Shown here one piece after another: positions 1 through 13,668 of a DNA stretch of 64,000 nucleotides (positions are counted from its first letter, which is position 1; each line of letters begins with the position of its first letter). The position numbers and the translations under genes were made by a program. The notes beneath the pieces were generated by a model, which did no database searches, was not told the origin of the DNA, and was given only the letters and a program-made list of their open reading frames with translations. Source of the DNA: Botryllus schlosseri (lineage: Eukaryota); assembly GCA_051294905.1 (NCBI GenBank), contig CM119372.1, positions 4,280,001 to 4,344,000 on the forward strand, in the 5' to 3' direction.

Positions 1-959
1 CAAAATTCTTATTGCCTATCATGGCCTATAGTTCAACCAGGGTTCTAACGACTCGACTCACCGTGACTCGAGGTATTTTCTTATATTTGAAAAATGACTT
101 GTGACTTGGTCACAATCCCGAGTTCAACTCACCACACTGGGTTTCCAAATTATAATGTTGAAGGTTGGTAAACAATTCTAGCGATAAAAGTGATGTCGTC
201 ACCAAGATGACATCTCATTGTTCAAATCCAATTACGAAAACGGAAATACACAGCTTCCCTTATTGACATTGTAACACGTGTTAGCACCAAGCTATAAAAT
301 CTCACCTTAACTGAATATGTTATTCGTCCGTTGACAAGGCTATCAGGATTATGAATCCATTGCGAAGATTTCCCAGTTCCCTGAAATAATTATATAGTAA
401 TTTCACTACAAATAGTAAGTGCACTTAGCCCACATAGTTTGAGAATGGTCAAGAACTGATAATGCTGTGAAGATATCACCTGGAATGATATTAATATTTC
501 GGCATTACAGAACATGGCATAGCATATCATAGCACTTTCTAGAGTTAGCATTTTTGGGGACCTATTATGGTCGGATTTTTTAAATCTATTCTCAATCACT
601 ATCGAAAGAACACACTTCACTGGTTCTAAAGTCTAAGTAAAAGACTTAGCTTTCCCACTGACTCGAGCTTCAACGATGGGATTGAGCCAATTTATTAGCT
701 TTAATAAAATCCAAGATATTTGTATTTATATTTTATACTTTGATATTCAAGCTATGCATAAATTAGGCTACACCATATGTAGCCTATACAAACTTTTTAA
801 TCAGTTTGCCAGATTTAAATAACGTGCAGCCTGTACAGTGAAAACCTAGGCATTGCAAGGCTTCTCATTTGATTAAAAATGACCCACTAATAACAGAATT
901 CAATAACAAACTGCACAGCACAGTAAGAATTAATATCGTCAAAAATATTCACACATAAA

Positions 960-2203
960 TAGAGCCCGACCGATATTGGATTTCTGAGCCGATACCGATA
1001 AGACCGATATCTAGTACCTCCACCGATAACCCCGATATATTCAGCCGATATTCAAAAGATATGGAATCTAGCTCAAGGCCCATATTTAACGCATCAGAGT
1101 ATTTCTTTCAACAACTTTACAGCCATTGATATGCTTGAACATGAAATAAATTATCCAGGAACTATAAAAATATATCAAAAGCACCAATCCAGCAATTGCA
1201 GATTACAGTTCACGAAGCACAATTTCTCGGAGTGAACTTCTGTGGTCTTCCATAGATGATGTATATAGTACTAAACACATTGAGCAGTCTTTCACTTGGT
1301 ACCATAGTTAGTGGCACAGCAAGAATTGGAAATCTTTCTTCATTTCGGTTCCACCGCTCCCTTGCAGGGGATCTTTCCTTCAATGGTTTCACCATATATT
1401 GATATTAATATTGATATTCTTCTAGCAATGCACCTGGAGCCTTCAACACATCTTTAACAAATAGCTGAAGAGAATGTGCAAAACAACTCAAATTGTCCAC
1501 GTCTGCAACTGCTCCACCCATATCCCTTGGGCCTTGACCATGACCAGCATTTCAACAATCAATTGATCAACATTTTACGCTCTTTTGTCAGAATTGGCCT
1601 ATGTCATCATGGAATCAAAAATTTTCGTATCAATTATTGGCTTTATTCCACGTCTTGCCCTCTATGCTTGCATATTTCCTATCATGGTGGGCCCGCAGGC
1701 CTCAGTCAGACGACTTCATACATTACTGGAATAATTAGCTCTGTTGGGTACCGAATCGAGAAATGTTTCGACGCGACGCTTTTCTCTATCATTACGAGGG
1801 TCAGTCCAGCATAATTGAAGTTCTCATTTCTCTTACTGATTGAAATCTTCTGCAGACAACTATCCAATATCCATCCAGCTGCTCTCTGCTTTGGTGATCG
1901 ATTACTGCAGGGGGATTCCCACGAAGTCAGTGGGGCATAACGGGGGTTAGTTAGCTATATTATTTTTCAGATAGGCACGCCTACTGCTCTGTATGCAGTA
2001 TGCACTATATGCAGCTTGGCCATTCACTTTTATAATTTACCGTCCTCACGTCTTCTATCGACTTCTCTGACTCCCTGTCACCATGTTGTGACGTCACGAA
2101 AATGGCCGATATTTTTTTACCTTTAATGGCCGATACCGATATTTCTCTCCAAGCGTGATATCGACTCGATATTATCGGCGAGCCGATAATCGGTCGGGCG
2201 TTA
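960..2203 (-). mobile_element. Non-autonomous hAT element with transposase remnants
   Basis: TIR TAGAGCCCGACCGAT / ATCGGTCGGGCGTTA; 8-bp TSD CACATAAA; minus-strand remnants CFAHSLQLFVKD and WNRNEERFPILA..VPSERL. Confidence 0.85.
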
Positions 2204-4758
2204 CACATAAAGTTAGCATAGCCAAGATCTTAGTTTTTGTCCCTCCTCTTACCGCACTCAAGCTCAGCTCACCCTATAAGCCATATTAGAAACCAGGGTT
2301 GTAATGGCTCGAGCTGCGATTTTTTGGTGATTCGACTTGACTCGAGTAATTTTTTTGAAAGGAGTAAAATGACTCGGCTCGAGACTAGGACGGCCAAGAC
2401 AGACATTTCATCGTAACTTCGAAGAATAGTAAAGTTATCACATTATTGGTACCAGTACCAGTATCAGACACTGATACTTGGAAAATATGGCCAGAAACTG
2501 GTAAGAATCAGGAAAATTACAATATTATGAATGTGAGCCATTCTAGATCACTCGGGAAGAGTTAAAGAAAGGGGATTGAACAGAATTGAACTGAAAACTG
2601 AACAGTGAACACAGTGAATTGGACTCGGACTCGTGTCAAAACACTATGACTCGGACTAGACCCTCTTCTACTTGAATTGGACTCAATGGTGAACTGAAAA
2701 TGACTCGACTTGACTCGATTGACACCAATATAAATTGAAATTTCTGACACTTCATTGGTACACTACACCACATACATTAAAAGTGGCTCCCAAGATGATC
2801 ACCAGTTCACCACCAATCCATCTTCATGAATATGTCAAAATTTATATTGTTTCACATGATAATCCACTTTGTTCAATATTTTCAGGTATCCTCTCCATCC
2901 AACCCGACACCCGCGGGGCGCAGGTACCCTGGGCTAGATAATCAAGTCGTAGGAACTGAATTCAACTACGGTAGTAATAACAATTATTGAATTTTTCGTG
3001 ACTTGTCAGTGTCGTCAAAAAGCAATTACGGAGCTCTACTGGCTGTTCCCAGACAATCAAGATAGTAAGGCAGTTCTCACTCGTTTTACTCAAAACCTAA
3101 CCCTAATCCAACCCAACCGGACTGCTATGTAATAGAAGTTAAAACCGCCTCACCTAGTCCCAAACATAGTAATATCAGTGAATGGAATGGAGATGGGACA
3201 GAAGATATATTATCCTACTAAACAATAAATAGATTTACTTACCAATACCATCCTGAATAAGGTGTAATTGTCGACTTGCTGGGTACTAAATTTTAACTAT
3301 ACCTAAAAGAAGACTGAACAACAGTGCACATTGGCCTGCTTGTCGTGCTTGAAAGACATATCTATCAGACAAAAGATTCAAATTTCAACCCATATGAGCA
3401 TATCAAAACAAAATATTTGATAATTAGAGATCAGCAAGCACTAGCCACAGCTCATTTACGGATAAGTGCTTCTGCGTCAACAGAGATCTTGCCGGCTATG
3501 AATATCAACAAAACATTCGGGAATGATTATGAATATGAGTTATGAAATGCACAGTTTAGGCAAGTTAAGAAAAAGGGATCTAGTATAGACTGAAATCAGT
3601 CTTCATAAAGAGCTTCCGTGATATTTATAAACCGAGAAACCACACAATATGCTTGCGATAAGTAATCTTCTTCAATACATTTGACAATTGACACCCGTTC
3701 CATATCTGCAACTCTGGATAAAGCAGATGTCGACTGAGCCGGCTCAAGCAATATCCTGCACAAAATTTGTGAACTTCGCGCGATCAATGATGCATAACGA
3801 CAATAACAATCTAGTCATATAGCGCCAACGTGCGATATGTTTCAGTTCAGAGAGCATGAAATTCATGATGACCACAATCAGCGGTTTCATTGTTTCGTCC
3901 AGAGGCGGTCAGTAACGCAGTACTTTTACTGACCACAAGAATGACCTATTGCGGCGTCCGATTATTCACAAATGCCGGTATTTCAGAATCCGGGGTGGTT
4001 CTAGTTCTCCGATCAGATTTCAATATATATTGCCGGAATCAGTGCGACGGTAGCTTTTGACCAACACCTGCAGTTTCATTACATTCTGCAAACTGGACTC
4101 CGACAATTGGGTTGCCAGAAATCCTACATTCCCTCCGGCTAGGTGATGTTTATATAGCTCAGTGGGTGATCCCGAATCAAGCCTCAGCGAAGACGAAAAT
4201 CGGTCGTTTGCATTCGATAATAATCAAACTAACATCCAGCCCGGCCTATGTTCGATCTTGAACTTTCGGCTGTTTTACTCTTTGCTGCTTTCCCCGCTCT
4301 TTTCAATCGCTTCCTTGCGTTCGCCCTTAACTTAGGCTTTCTATGAACTTTGTAAAGACACCGTACGAGCTGGGATGTAGTGGGTGAGTAGCACAGATAA
4401 ACCTCCGACACTGCGAACTGTGCTACTACTCTCGCGCCGACGACAGTGCATTAGCTAACTCCGCCAACTCCCCGAGATGCTGTCGCCGAAAGGGGATTCC
4501 AGATTCATCCCCCAACCGCATCTCTGATATCATGTTCCAGTGCGGTGAAATCCTCTTTAAGCCTGAGCAGAAATAGCGCTATATCAGTCTATAATTTTGT
4601 TCAGGTAGCAGATGAAAGAGAAAGTTCCACGGAAGTCCGACCACTCAATTTTATGCAATCATGCAGCTTAAAAGATGACTTGTGTGACAAAACAGACTGA
4701 CAAAATGCAGTACACGAATATTTCTACAGTAAAATTGAAACGGAATTTCAGTGTATGG

Positions 4759-5730
4759 CCTATTTATTCATCGTGTGCGAATCCATTTCGAGACTCCTGA
4801 CAAAACGAGCAAGCAAAGTAGTCGCCGCTTGTGGGCAGTGTGCAGTGCACCGCCAGCGCCACTTACGGTTGGTTCGCTTCTGAGCGGGTTTAACGATTCG
4901 ATTCGAGTTCCGGTTGCCTCGCGAGACAAATGTTCAATTGTCCATCCGTTTCTTATCGAATGTTTAATTACATCTCTCTCATTGTCATGCTCAGGACCGA
5001 ATAAGCACTTCGTCTGCCCCCCCTCCCCGAAGAAAAAAAAACATTGGTCTTAAGCCCCCCCATACCTCCGTAAGTCTGTATGCTTTTACAGCTACTTACC
5101 AGCGATATTTGTTGTAGCTTACTGTTTAGTAATTCAGTTCATTTCGCCTAAACGCGCGAAGCGCGTAATAATTATATAATACATGATTGAATCGGTCAAT
5201 ATGATCGGGAATTGCATCTATATTTCTATCAATTTTTTTTATCCTCTCTCTGTTCACGTAATCAGATTTACTGGTAGCGCTGAGTCATGTGTCTTGGAAA
5301 ATGTAAGGCGCGTGAATAATAATCAAACCTATGCGGGCGGAACCCCGTTGGTATAATGACTTCGTTACATGATGTTATTTCGTGACCTCCTGTCTGCTAT
5401 GTCAAAAGATGTTGAAATCGCCCAAACGTACTGAGCTAAAAGATGCACACGATTTCAAATTGGTATTTGTTTACTATAACAAATAATTTTTCTCTGCGGG
5501 ATGGCCTTCGCTTTTTGTGGTTCAGATTGCCAAGCCAGGAATATTCAGCGCCAGCCATTTAGGCGCCTATGGACGATTAACGACATTTACGGTCCTGGTC
5601 ATATGCTTTATCCCGTACTCATTTTATTAGACTCAAGTAATCTGCGTCTGAAAGAGGCAACTGTAGGTTTCCTTTCGTCGAAGACTGAAGCTGTCAGGTA
5701 ACGAACTAACGCGGAACTATTATGTTTGAT
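4759..5730. repeat. Unclassified interspersed repeat (second copy 29298-31580), interrupted by a CAGGACCG...CGGTCCTG MITE (~4992-5597)
   Basis: Shared text with the 29298-31580 copy: ATCCATTTCGA.ACTCCTG, AAAACGAGCAAG, TTGTGGGCAG, GCTGTCAGGTAACGAAC.AACGCGG. Confidence 0.7.
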
Positions 5731-6123
5731 TACTACGGGGTTGAGTACAGTAAAAGTTGATAACCAGTAAAGGATTCAGACTCACTTCTACCACAGCATA
5801 TCATAAAACTCACGTGCTATATTATACGCGACCTACATAATCTACATATATCATTATGATATTATAACAAACTACAACATGCATATGCGTAGCCCTAGCC
5901 TCTCGAAGACCATCTCGCTAATTTTCTTACATTAACAAAAAGTGGAGATTTATTCAACTGGAAATGTTTCTTCGCGCTTCTCCAGATTTCCTGGCTTTGA
6001 TATGGGTACCCCCTAGAAATCACTATTAAATAAAATTATAACAAAATTCACAATAGAATTTAGTCTGCATTCGCGCTTATGAAATAGCGGTATATTCCTA
6101 GTGTCACTTGAGGTCGTTGGAAT

Positions 6124-7787
6124 CAGACTTGGACAACTAGATAATTCTAGTTGTCTAATTTCACTAAATTAGAGCGAAATGCCAGTAATCTAATTCTAAT
6201 CTAGTTTGTGAAATGTTTCCATGCTCTAATTCTAATTTTAATCTAATTTGGAAAAATTTAGTAGCTCTAATTCTAATTCTAATCTAATTTGGTAAATGTT
6301 TCTATGCTCTAATTTTAGTTCTAATCTAATTCATTATTTTCCTGGAAATGCCTCTTTGTCCGCGGCATTTTGCACCGAGTTAACAAGAATATCCCTCTCG
6401 CACAGGGAAATCCAGTGCCAAGGCGCCATCGCATTACTTACATACACCATACCATCATAGTATTTGTCGTGACGAACAATAGCCATGCTGGCATAGTAGC
6501 TTGTAGTCTCCGAACATCATTATAGTTTCGGTCACAAACAGTACAGTAGCGATGAAAAAGATAGTTTACACAGGCTTGTTCACTTTCGTGCCCATAACTA
6601 CATCAAGTAAAAACTGGATGGTGGCTTTAGATCTAACCAAAGAAATTATGTTAGAGAATGAAGTGGAAAGAGATTTCGAAGCAGCGCATGAGATCATGGA
6701 CTGCGATGTTTTGAGTTACTGGAAAGGAGAAAATAGTTTTCTTCATCTTAAAGCTGCTGCTTGAGAACTCGTAGGCATGACTTCAATATTAGCTTTTTTG
6801 CAGTCATGCAATAATGCAATATCGAGACATAATGACCCACACACAGTTGAGCAACCATGTTTTTAAAGCTTTACGATAGTACAACGCTGTGCTCACTAAC
6901 ATGGGCGATCCTTGGTTACGACAAAAGAAGTAATATTATATCAAGTACATATAAAACATGAAATATCGTGATCATAAACTTAATTTTATTTTGAACTATA
7001 AGCTGCGCACGATACTTGACCAGGCTTTTCAGCGACTAACGAATCGATATTGGGGATATGCGGACATGTTACTAGCTGAAAGACTATCTCATCCTAAAGG
7101 TTGATCTTGTGGGAAAGCCCTAGGCCGTTTTCTAAGCATCTCGGTCTTGGCATTGTCTGGGCCATGTTACGTCAAGGCAATATGCTATTATCAGCTTACT
7201 CTCCAACGATGTTTCCCATGGCCAAAACCATTTCAGCTAGTGAGTAATAGTGGTGTTTGGCACAGGCAAAAGGAATATTTTGAAACAACTACAATGATTT
7301 TATATTTGAAATCAATTTCAGCATTTCAAATTGTTTATCTCGTTTTCCAAAATCACAAATCAGATCGTTGGCCGCATGTGGCCCGCGTGCAGGTGACCCC
7401 TGGTATAGTGCAAAATGAGACAAGCTTGATGTACAGACGACAACCATTCTCATGTTTATGAGAATGTACTGTGGTTTGATGTGAACTGAGCTTGATTTTC
7501 GCTATATTTATTTATAATTCACAATTTCGTTCAATTTTCAATTCTTTGCGAATTCGGAGATTCTAATTCTAATTCTAATCTAATTTGAAAAAAGCTGTGT
7601 AGCTCTAATTCTAATTCTAGTCTAATTTGGAAAAACTTAGTAGCTCTAATTCTAGTTCTAATCTAATTTGGAAAAATTTAGTAGCTCTAATTCTAATTCT
7701 AATCTAATTTGGAAAATACTATGTAGCTCTAATTCTAATTCTAATCTAATTTAGAAAAGCTAAAAATTTTCTAGTTGTCCAAGTCTG
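6124..7787 (+). mobile_element. hAT-derived element with subterminal TAATTCTAATCTAATTT arrays
   Basis: TIR CAGACTTGGACAACTAG; TSD GTTGGAAT on both sides; dimerisation-domain remnant DVLSYWK at ~6705. Partial copies near 37.7, 55.7, 60.0 and 63.0-63.3 kb. Confidence 0.88.
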
Positions 7788-8039
7788 GTTGGAATGCGGC
7801 ATTCTAGGGGTGTGGTGCACGTGCAGCATGCGAGAGTAGAAATATCAAATGAACTTAGGGATACCTCTGAATTTGACAAATCTAAGTTTTGTATCTCACT
7901 AGAGAAAGTGTAGGAACTGCGCACACATTGCGCACACACTGAACCGGTTCCAAGGCCTTTTGTGACCGAAGACCAAGATCTAATCAGGGAAGTATTGTCC
8001 TCACTGGGTAGTTGTATTTTTTAGTGGCCATAGATGTAT

Positions 8040-8760
8040 GCCTTTTGCGATCCTCTGGGCCTGGTGGAGATGTATGTAAGAAATCGTTTTTCTTCCTCGT
8101 TAATAAACGGCGTGGCATCCGTGCTCCAATCTTGGCTGCGTTATCAAATTAACAAACCGATCCGAGCGTAATAAATTGTTTCGTCATGCAATATTGATTC
8201 CATTTTCGAAATGTAGTCAGCTCTGTTCAGGATGACTTTCCAAAAGTCACAAGGATGACGCTCCATAGTGAGACCAATATTTTCCATGATCACGTCTGCT
8301 CAAGCTCAGCTAGCTAAATGGATTTTGACGTTTCCTTTCAACCTGTCTGTGAATTTTACGGCAAACAATGTGTACGCGATTCCTTCGCTTTCGCCATTGA
8401 GATACGAAACCTCGATTTGTCAAATTCAGAAGTAGCCTATTCCTACGCTCATTTGAAATTTCTAGTCTCTCTAGGAACGTTTTGTTGCAAGAGACTATAG
8501 ATATTTGCGCCAATGCTCTTTACGGCGGTAAGTTACCGCCACGGTCGTTGTCGCGTGACCATTTCGACGAGTTTTTACTGGCCGGAAACTGTTCTGTTAA
8601 CTTAGCTTTAACGTTAACCAAGGCGTTGCAATGGGATCGCCCCATAATTCCGTGGATTGACGACAAGTTGCTCTTCCAGCGTGAGTCTCTCAGACCATTG
8701 ATGAGCCGCCGACATGTCGATGATACCTTTGTCATAACTCATATTCCAGCGTGAGTCGGT
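8040..8760 (+). mobile_element. Degenerate Penelope-like retroelement RT fragment
   Basis: Frameshifted motifs K.HK...RPIFS, CVRDSF.F, ETIDIC, GVAMGSP, RHVDDTF. Confidence 0.8.
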
Positions 8761-10243
8761 CAGTATGCGATAAATTTCCGGTCTGATTTCCTTGCCCGTG
8801 ACGTGACGTCATATTTGGCGATAATTCTGTTTATATTCATACATGGTGCTTTCCAATTCTGTACTAGTTGATGACGGTTACCCCGGATGAGTGTCATCCG
8901 AAAATCTTAATATGAATACAGTATATCCAGTTAAACACAGTAATAAATGGACCAAACCCGAGCTACCCCGCGAGAATTTGATGAATAAAACTGAACATGA
9001 CTTAAGGTAGTGGTTGCAAATGAGCTTATAAATCTTAGAGAGAAAATTGGCACTTATGGTGGACTAGGTTTGGGTTTCGAAACCCAACGGTCCCTGCGCG
9101 CCTAATTGCGTGCAACCAACGGCTGAGGCTGGCGTGTCATCATAATCCGTATATATGAGTTGAGTGCGTGTCTTGGAAGCCTTCATGCCGTTCGCTCATA
9201 ATTACCGACACGTTGGGACGCTTTTCTTTGCATTATCCAAACATTTTGATAAATTTATTTGTGGATTACGGAGGGCACCCAAATTAAAACTAAAAAACAA
9301 CATCGGTGACAATGAATCGGGAGAAGTGCGAAGAAAATTTTCAATATAACGAATATCGGCGCCAAAATACTCTACTTTATGTATATTTACGTAATAATTT
9401 TGGGCCACCTTCGAGCTTGCCACCCCATTCTAGGGATAGTGTCAACGTGGGGTTCACGTTCGCGTTCTGAGTGTGAACCTCGGAAATTTAGAGGTTCGCG
9501 TTCACAAACGAACCTTGGTAGGTTCTGCACTGCGAATCTTTTTCATATATTACAAATTTCACTTCATTACAGCATCTTTGGTTGGAATAGATTGTATTTC
9601 AACTGCGGGCCACTCTATGCATGGCGCTGGCAGCATAAGAAAATCAACAATAAACGAGAAGAGCATGCACCTTGACAATCTCAAAAGCTTGCTTGAAATA
9701 TCTAGCTTTCCGTTTGTGAATATTTAGTGACTCTCTGCTGTGAGCTTGACCCGCAATCACACAACATCCAGAGCGAAATACACTACATGCAGTCAACGAA
9801 TGATGCTTAATATTCAAACAATCAATGAAATTGATGTCGTTGTCGGATGTAAAAAATCTAGCAGGCGTACGGGGTCTATTTTGACTTCATATCTTTATTG
9901 TATCATAAAAACCTAATCAGTGCAATTGGGGTGTTGGCTACTGCTGTATAAGTTGTTAATAGGGTAATATCAGTAGTAAGTATAGAAATCCGTTTTACAC
10001 TCTGCTCAATATCAACGTAGCAATACATTTTCCGGTCTGGCCTAGACCGTTAGGGCGTAAGCTTATATTCCCTTGCAAGTCCTCGTCGAACTATTGGCAG
10101 AGCGAAGGAAGATATTGATTTTATGGGATTTTTATATCATTTGATTTACCAAGCGGAAACATTTCGCGACGTTTAGAACGTCAATATGTACTTCGGCATT
10201 GTGTCATTATGTGGCCTGAGTCATCGCGAGGTATCGTGTACGA

Positions 10244-10915
10244 AGGGGTATTCAAAAATGACTTTTTTCTCAAATCGTACTGGTCACTTAATAAAATTGT
10301 TAGGTTACCTAATTTAAGCCTACACACCAAATTTGGCTCAATTCCAGCCAGTAGCCGCATTGTTACAGGAGAAGAAAGTTTCGATTTATTATCTAAAATT
10401 GAATAACAAAAAATTTGAAAATCTTCTCTCTCCCCCCCCCCCCCCATGAAAGTGTTCGGTTGTCTATAGAAACGATGTTCACCAAATTTGGTTCAATTCC
10501 AACTGGTGGAAGCGGAATTATTGCCGTCGAAAAATTTAGATTTGAATAAAATAGTATTTACGGGTAAATAGTATTTCTATAATAAATAATCAAAGAATTG
10601 GTCACCGTAAATACTATTTAATTCATGATCCGAATTTTTCGACGGCAATAACTCCGCTTCCACTGGTTGGAATTGAATCAAATTTGGTGAACATCGTTTC
10701 TATAGACAACCCAACACTTTCATGGGGTGAACAGAAAATTTTCAAATTTTTTGTTATTCATTTTTAGATAACAAATCGAAACTTTCTTCTCCTGTAGCAA
10801 TGCGGCTACTGGCTGGAATTGAGCCAAATTTGGTGTGTAGGCTTAAATTAGGTAACCTAACTATTTTATCAAGTAGCCAGTACGATTTGAAAAAAAGTCG
10901 TTTTTGAATATCCCT
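10244..10915. mobile_element. Palindromic foldback MITE
   Basis: ~330 bp arms form a near-perfect inverted repeat (TATTCAAAAA...TTTTTGAATA). Related degraded copies near 21.0-21.3, 38.1/40.5 and 55.4-55.6 kb. Confidence 0.85.
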
Positions 10916-12266
10916 AGAGACCTGGGCAAAGTGCGGCCCGCGAAGCCATTCTGTGCGGCCCGCGAAAGGTTGCTTGGAATTCATGACATTAAACCTGCTT
11001 TTTGAATGTTGATGCGTGGACTAAAATCATAGGCTGTATCAAGTCAACTAAACAGGAACTTCGTTTACTTTGAGGCCTGTTCATTAATATGACACGATTA
11101 CGCTGCCTACGTACCTCGCATATGCGTAATCCAGATTCAAAATACAGGCAATATGGCAAAGTATGAGTAACAATTAAATTCACAAGAAATCACTCTTTCC
11201 ACATAGTTTAGGTCACACCTTCTTTGTTGCCATTGTCACATCACGCATTATACGGTACGTGTTTCAAATTGTTCCGTGAGGCGTTTCCAAATCCCTAATT
11301 CGTAAAACAAGTCAATCAGTGCTTGCGATTACTATGATTCATCATATCTATCACCCATAAAGGATGAAAGGGCATGTCAAAAAGAGAAAGCCGAAAGCTG
11401 AAATTCAAAGATGGTTTAGAGCACTAAATATTTGTATACTGGGGTTAGGGGTAAACCCGTCCTATTAGTTTTTGTCGAGCATGTCGCCGAGATTAAGGAT
11501 TTAATTATGACAAAAACACGGAACACTAGGTCAATGGAGGGCGAATTTCAGAAAAACTGCAACTTCGCTCAACATCATGGCTATTTGAGCTGCACACTGC
11601 TCGGAATAAAGCGACCAAGACAAGTTTTGTACTATCCTATATACATTTCAGTGCAGTGGTTCTCAAACTGGGGGGGCGTGAAAGCATCTGAAGGTAGGCG
11701 CGAAGTCGAAGTTGAATGAACATTTTGTCCGCGCTCCGCGCGATTTACCCTAGCTAATGGTTTAGTTATTGCTCTGTATTGTCCTACTTTGATATTACAG
11801 AATTCTCTTATCAACAACCATAACTTTCCATGCCATCAGACCATCCGTTGGGATTGCTAGCATTCTGGTAGCTCTTTTTACTATGTTGTGATAGCATGAC
11901 AGGGAGGGGGTTGGGCGCGAAATTTTTCACTATCATAAAGTGGGGCGTGGCCAAAAAAAGTTTTGAGAACCACTGTTCTAATGTCTTAATAGAAGGACGT
12001 TGATAGGGGTTTAAAGAGGGTTAAAATGTATCATGTTTAACATTGTTTCGAACCATGACGACAAATATATTTTTTTGATTAACCGCCATATTCTCATTAC
12101 CTAACATCAACACATTTACTGAGCAGATTTAGTAGCAATGTAATTTAGAAATAAAATTAAAATGCGCTGGAGAATACACCTAAAAAATTTTACTCGGCCC
12201 GCCAACGTATTTTCTACTTCTCATTTGGCCCGCAGAAGAAAATAATTGCCCACCCTTGCCCTAGAC

Positions 12267-13668
12267 CAATGGTTCCCAACGTGGGCGATTTAGCGGTTTA
12301 AGGGGGCGAAAATGCCGAAGGGGGCGATGGGGGGCGAAAACGGACGATGGGGGCGATAGGGGGTGAAAACAACGAAGGGGGCAATAGGGGGCGATGGCAC
12401 GTTAAAACGGCTATATTGGAGTCAGGACCGAAACTGCTGCACCCCTAACCCACAATTGGGGGGCCGAAATCGAATGATGCCTAAAATTATTTCTTGAATT
12501 ACATAAATTATAGAGTAATTTCTTAGAAATTCAAGCAACATTCTCGAAAATTTTTCGCGCTGCGCGCGATTTCATATTGTCATAAGTCATGATTTTGGGG
12601 TACCTATCCCCCAACAAAAATACGCTTGATTTATGGATGTGGAAACTTCGGCGACGGCCATTACTGCGCCACGACGCACCGAGACATATGAAGTTATAGG
12701 CCATGTAACATGCGACTCCAAGAAGTGTGCCAGGACGATATAAGCAGCGAGAAGACCTTGGCCGAAAAAGAACGCTCTTGTGCTGACCGAAAACTCCGAT
12801 ATATATACAGTATACACATATATGTTTAATTGTCCATAGGCGCCTCAATGGCTGGCGTCGAATGTTCCTGTCCTGGCGATCTGAACCATACAGGACAAAT
12901 GCCATCTCCGCTGAGAAGAATTATTTGCCAGCAAAGTAATATCAATTTGAAACCATGTGCGTCTTTTAAATTGGTACGTTTTGGCGATTTCCATATCTTT
13001 TGACATAGCAGATATAGAAGGTCACGAAATAGCATCATGCAACGAAGTCACTATATAACAACGGGTCCGCCCGAAGATGATTAAATATTATTTACCGGTC
13101 CTACCTTTTCCAACACACCACACTCAGCTGTACCGGTAAATCTGATTACGCGAGCTGAGAGAGGATGAAAAATTGATAGCAATATGTATGCAATTCCCGA
13201 CCACATTGACCGATTCAAACATGAATTATAGAAATTTGTCGCGCTTCGAGCGTTTAGGCGAAATACGGTTAGGCTACTCACCAAACAGTACATGGAATAG
13301 GGTATAGCTGATATGTAGCGACGTAAAGCCCACTGGCTGAATAGGTCTGGGGTTGGGTTTATCACCCCATATGGGCCCTACACCAACGTCTTTATGAAGG
13401 GGGCGGGGGGGGGGGGGGCTGACGAAGTGCTGTTACAGTCCTGATATGAGTGGAGTCGGATAAATGAGCATTTTTTAGTCCACTCACGAAAATGTAGCTG
13501 TAAAAGTGTAATTTCGAGGTCGCGCCGAAAAGTTGACCTTTTTTATTAGTCAACTCGCCGGTGATCCCAGTTTGTATGCCCATTTCTCGGTTTCCAATAT
13601 TTGGGGGGCGATGATCGGCGTGGAGCTTCGAAAGGGGGCGATGAGTCGAAAAAGGTTGGGAACCACTG
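12267..13668. mobile_element. hAT MITE CA(A/G)TGGTTCCCAAC with a nested CAGGACCG-family element
   Basis: TSD CCCTAGAC on both sides; terminal inverted repeats visible. Confidence 0.85.

Noticed and set aside
6180..7770. Regularly spaced TAATTCTAATCTAATTT repeats resembling a CRISPR array
   Set aside because: Spacers are short and similar to one another, the arrays are subterminal in a TSD-flanked hAT element, the context is eukaryotic, and no cas genes are present.
10181..10984. Near-identical ORFs on opposite strands (10209-10406 + and 10754-10984 -)
   Set aside because: By-product of a palindromic MITE.
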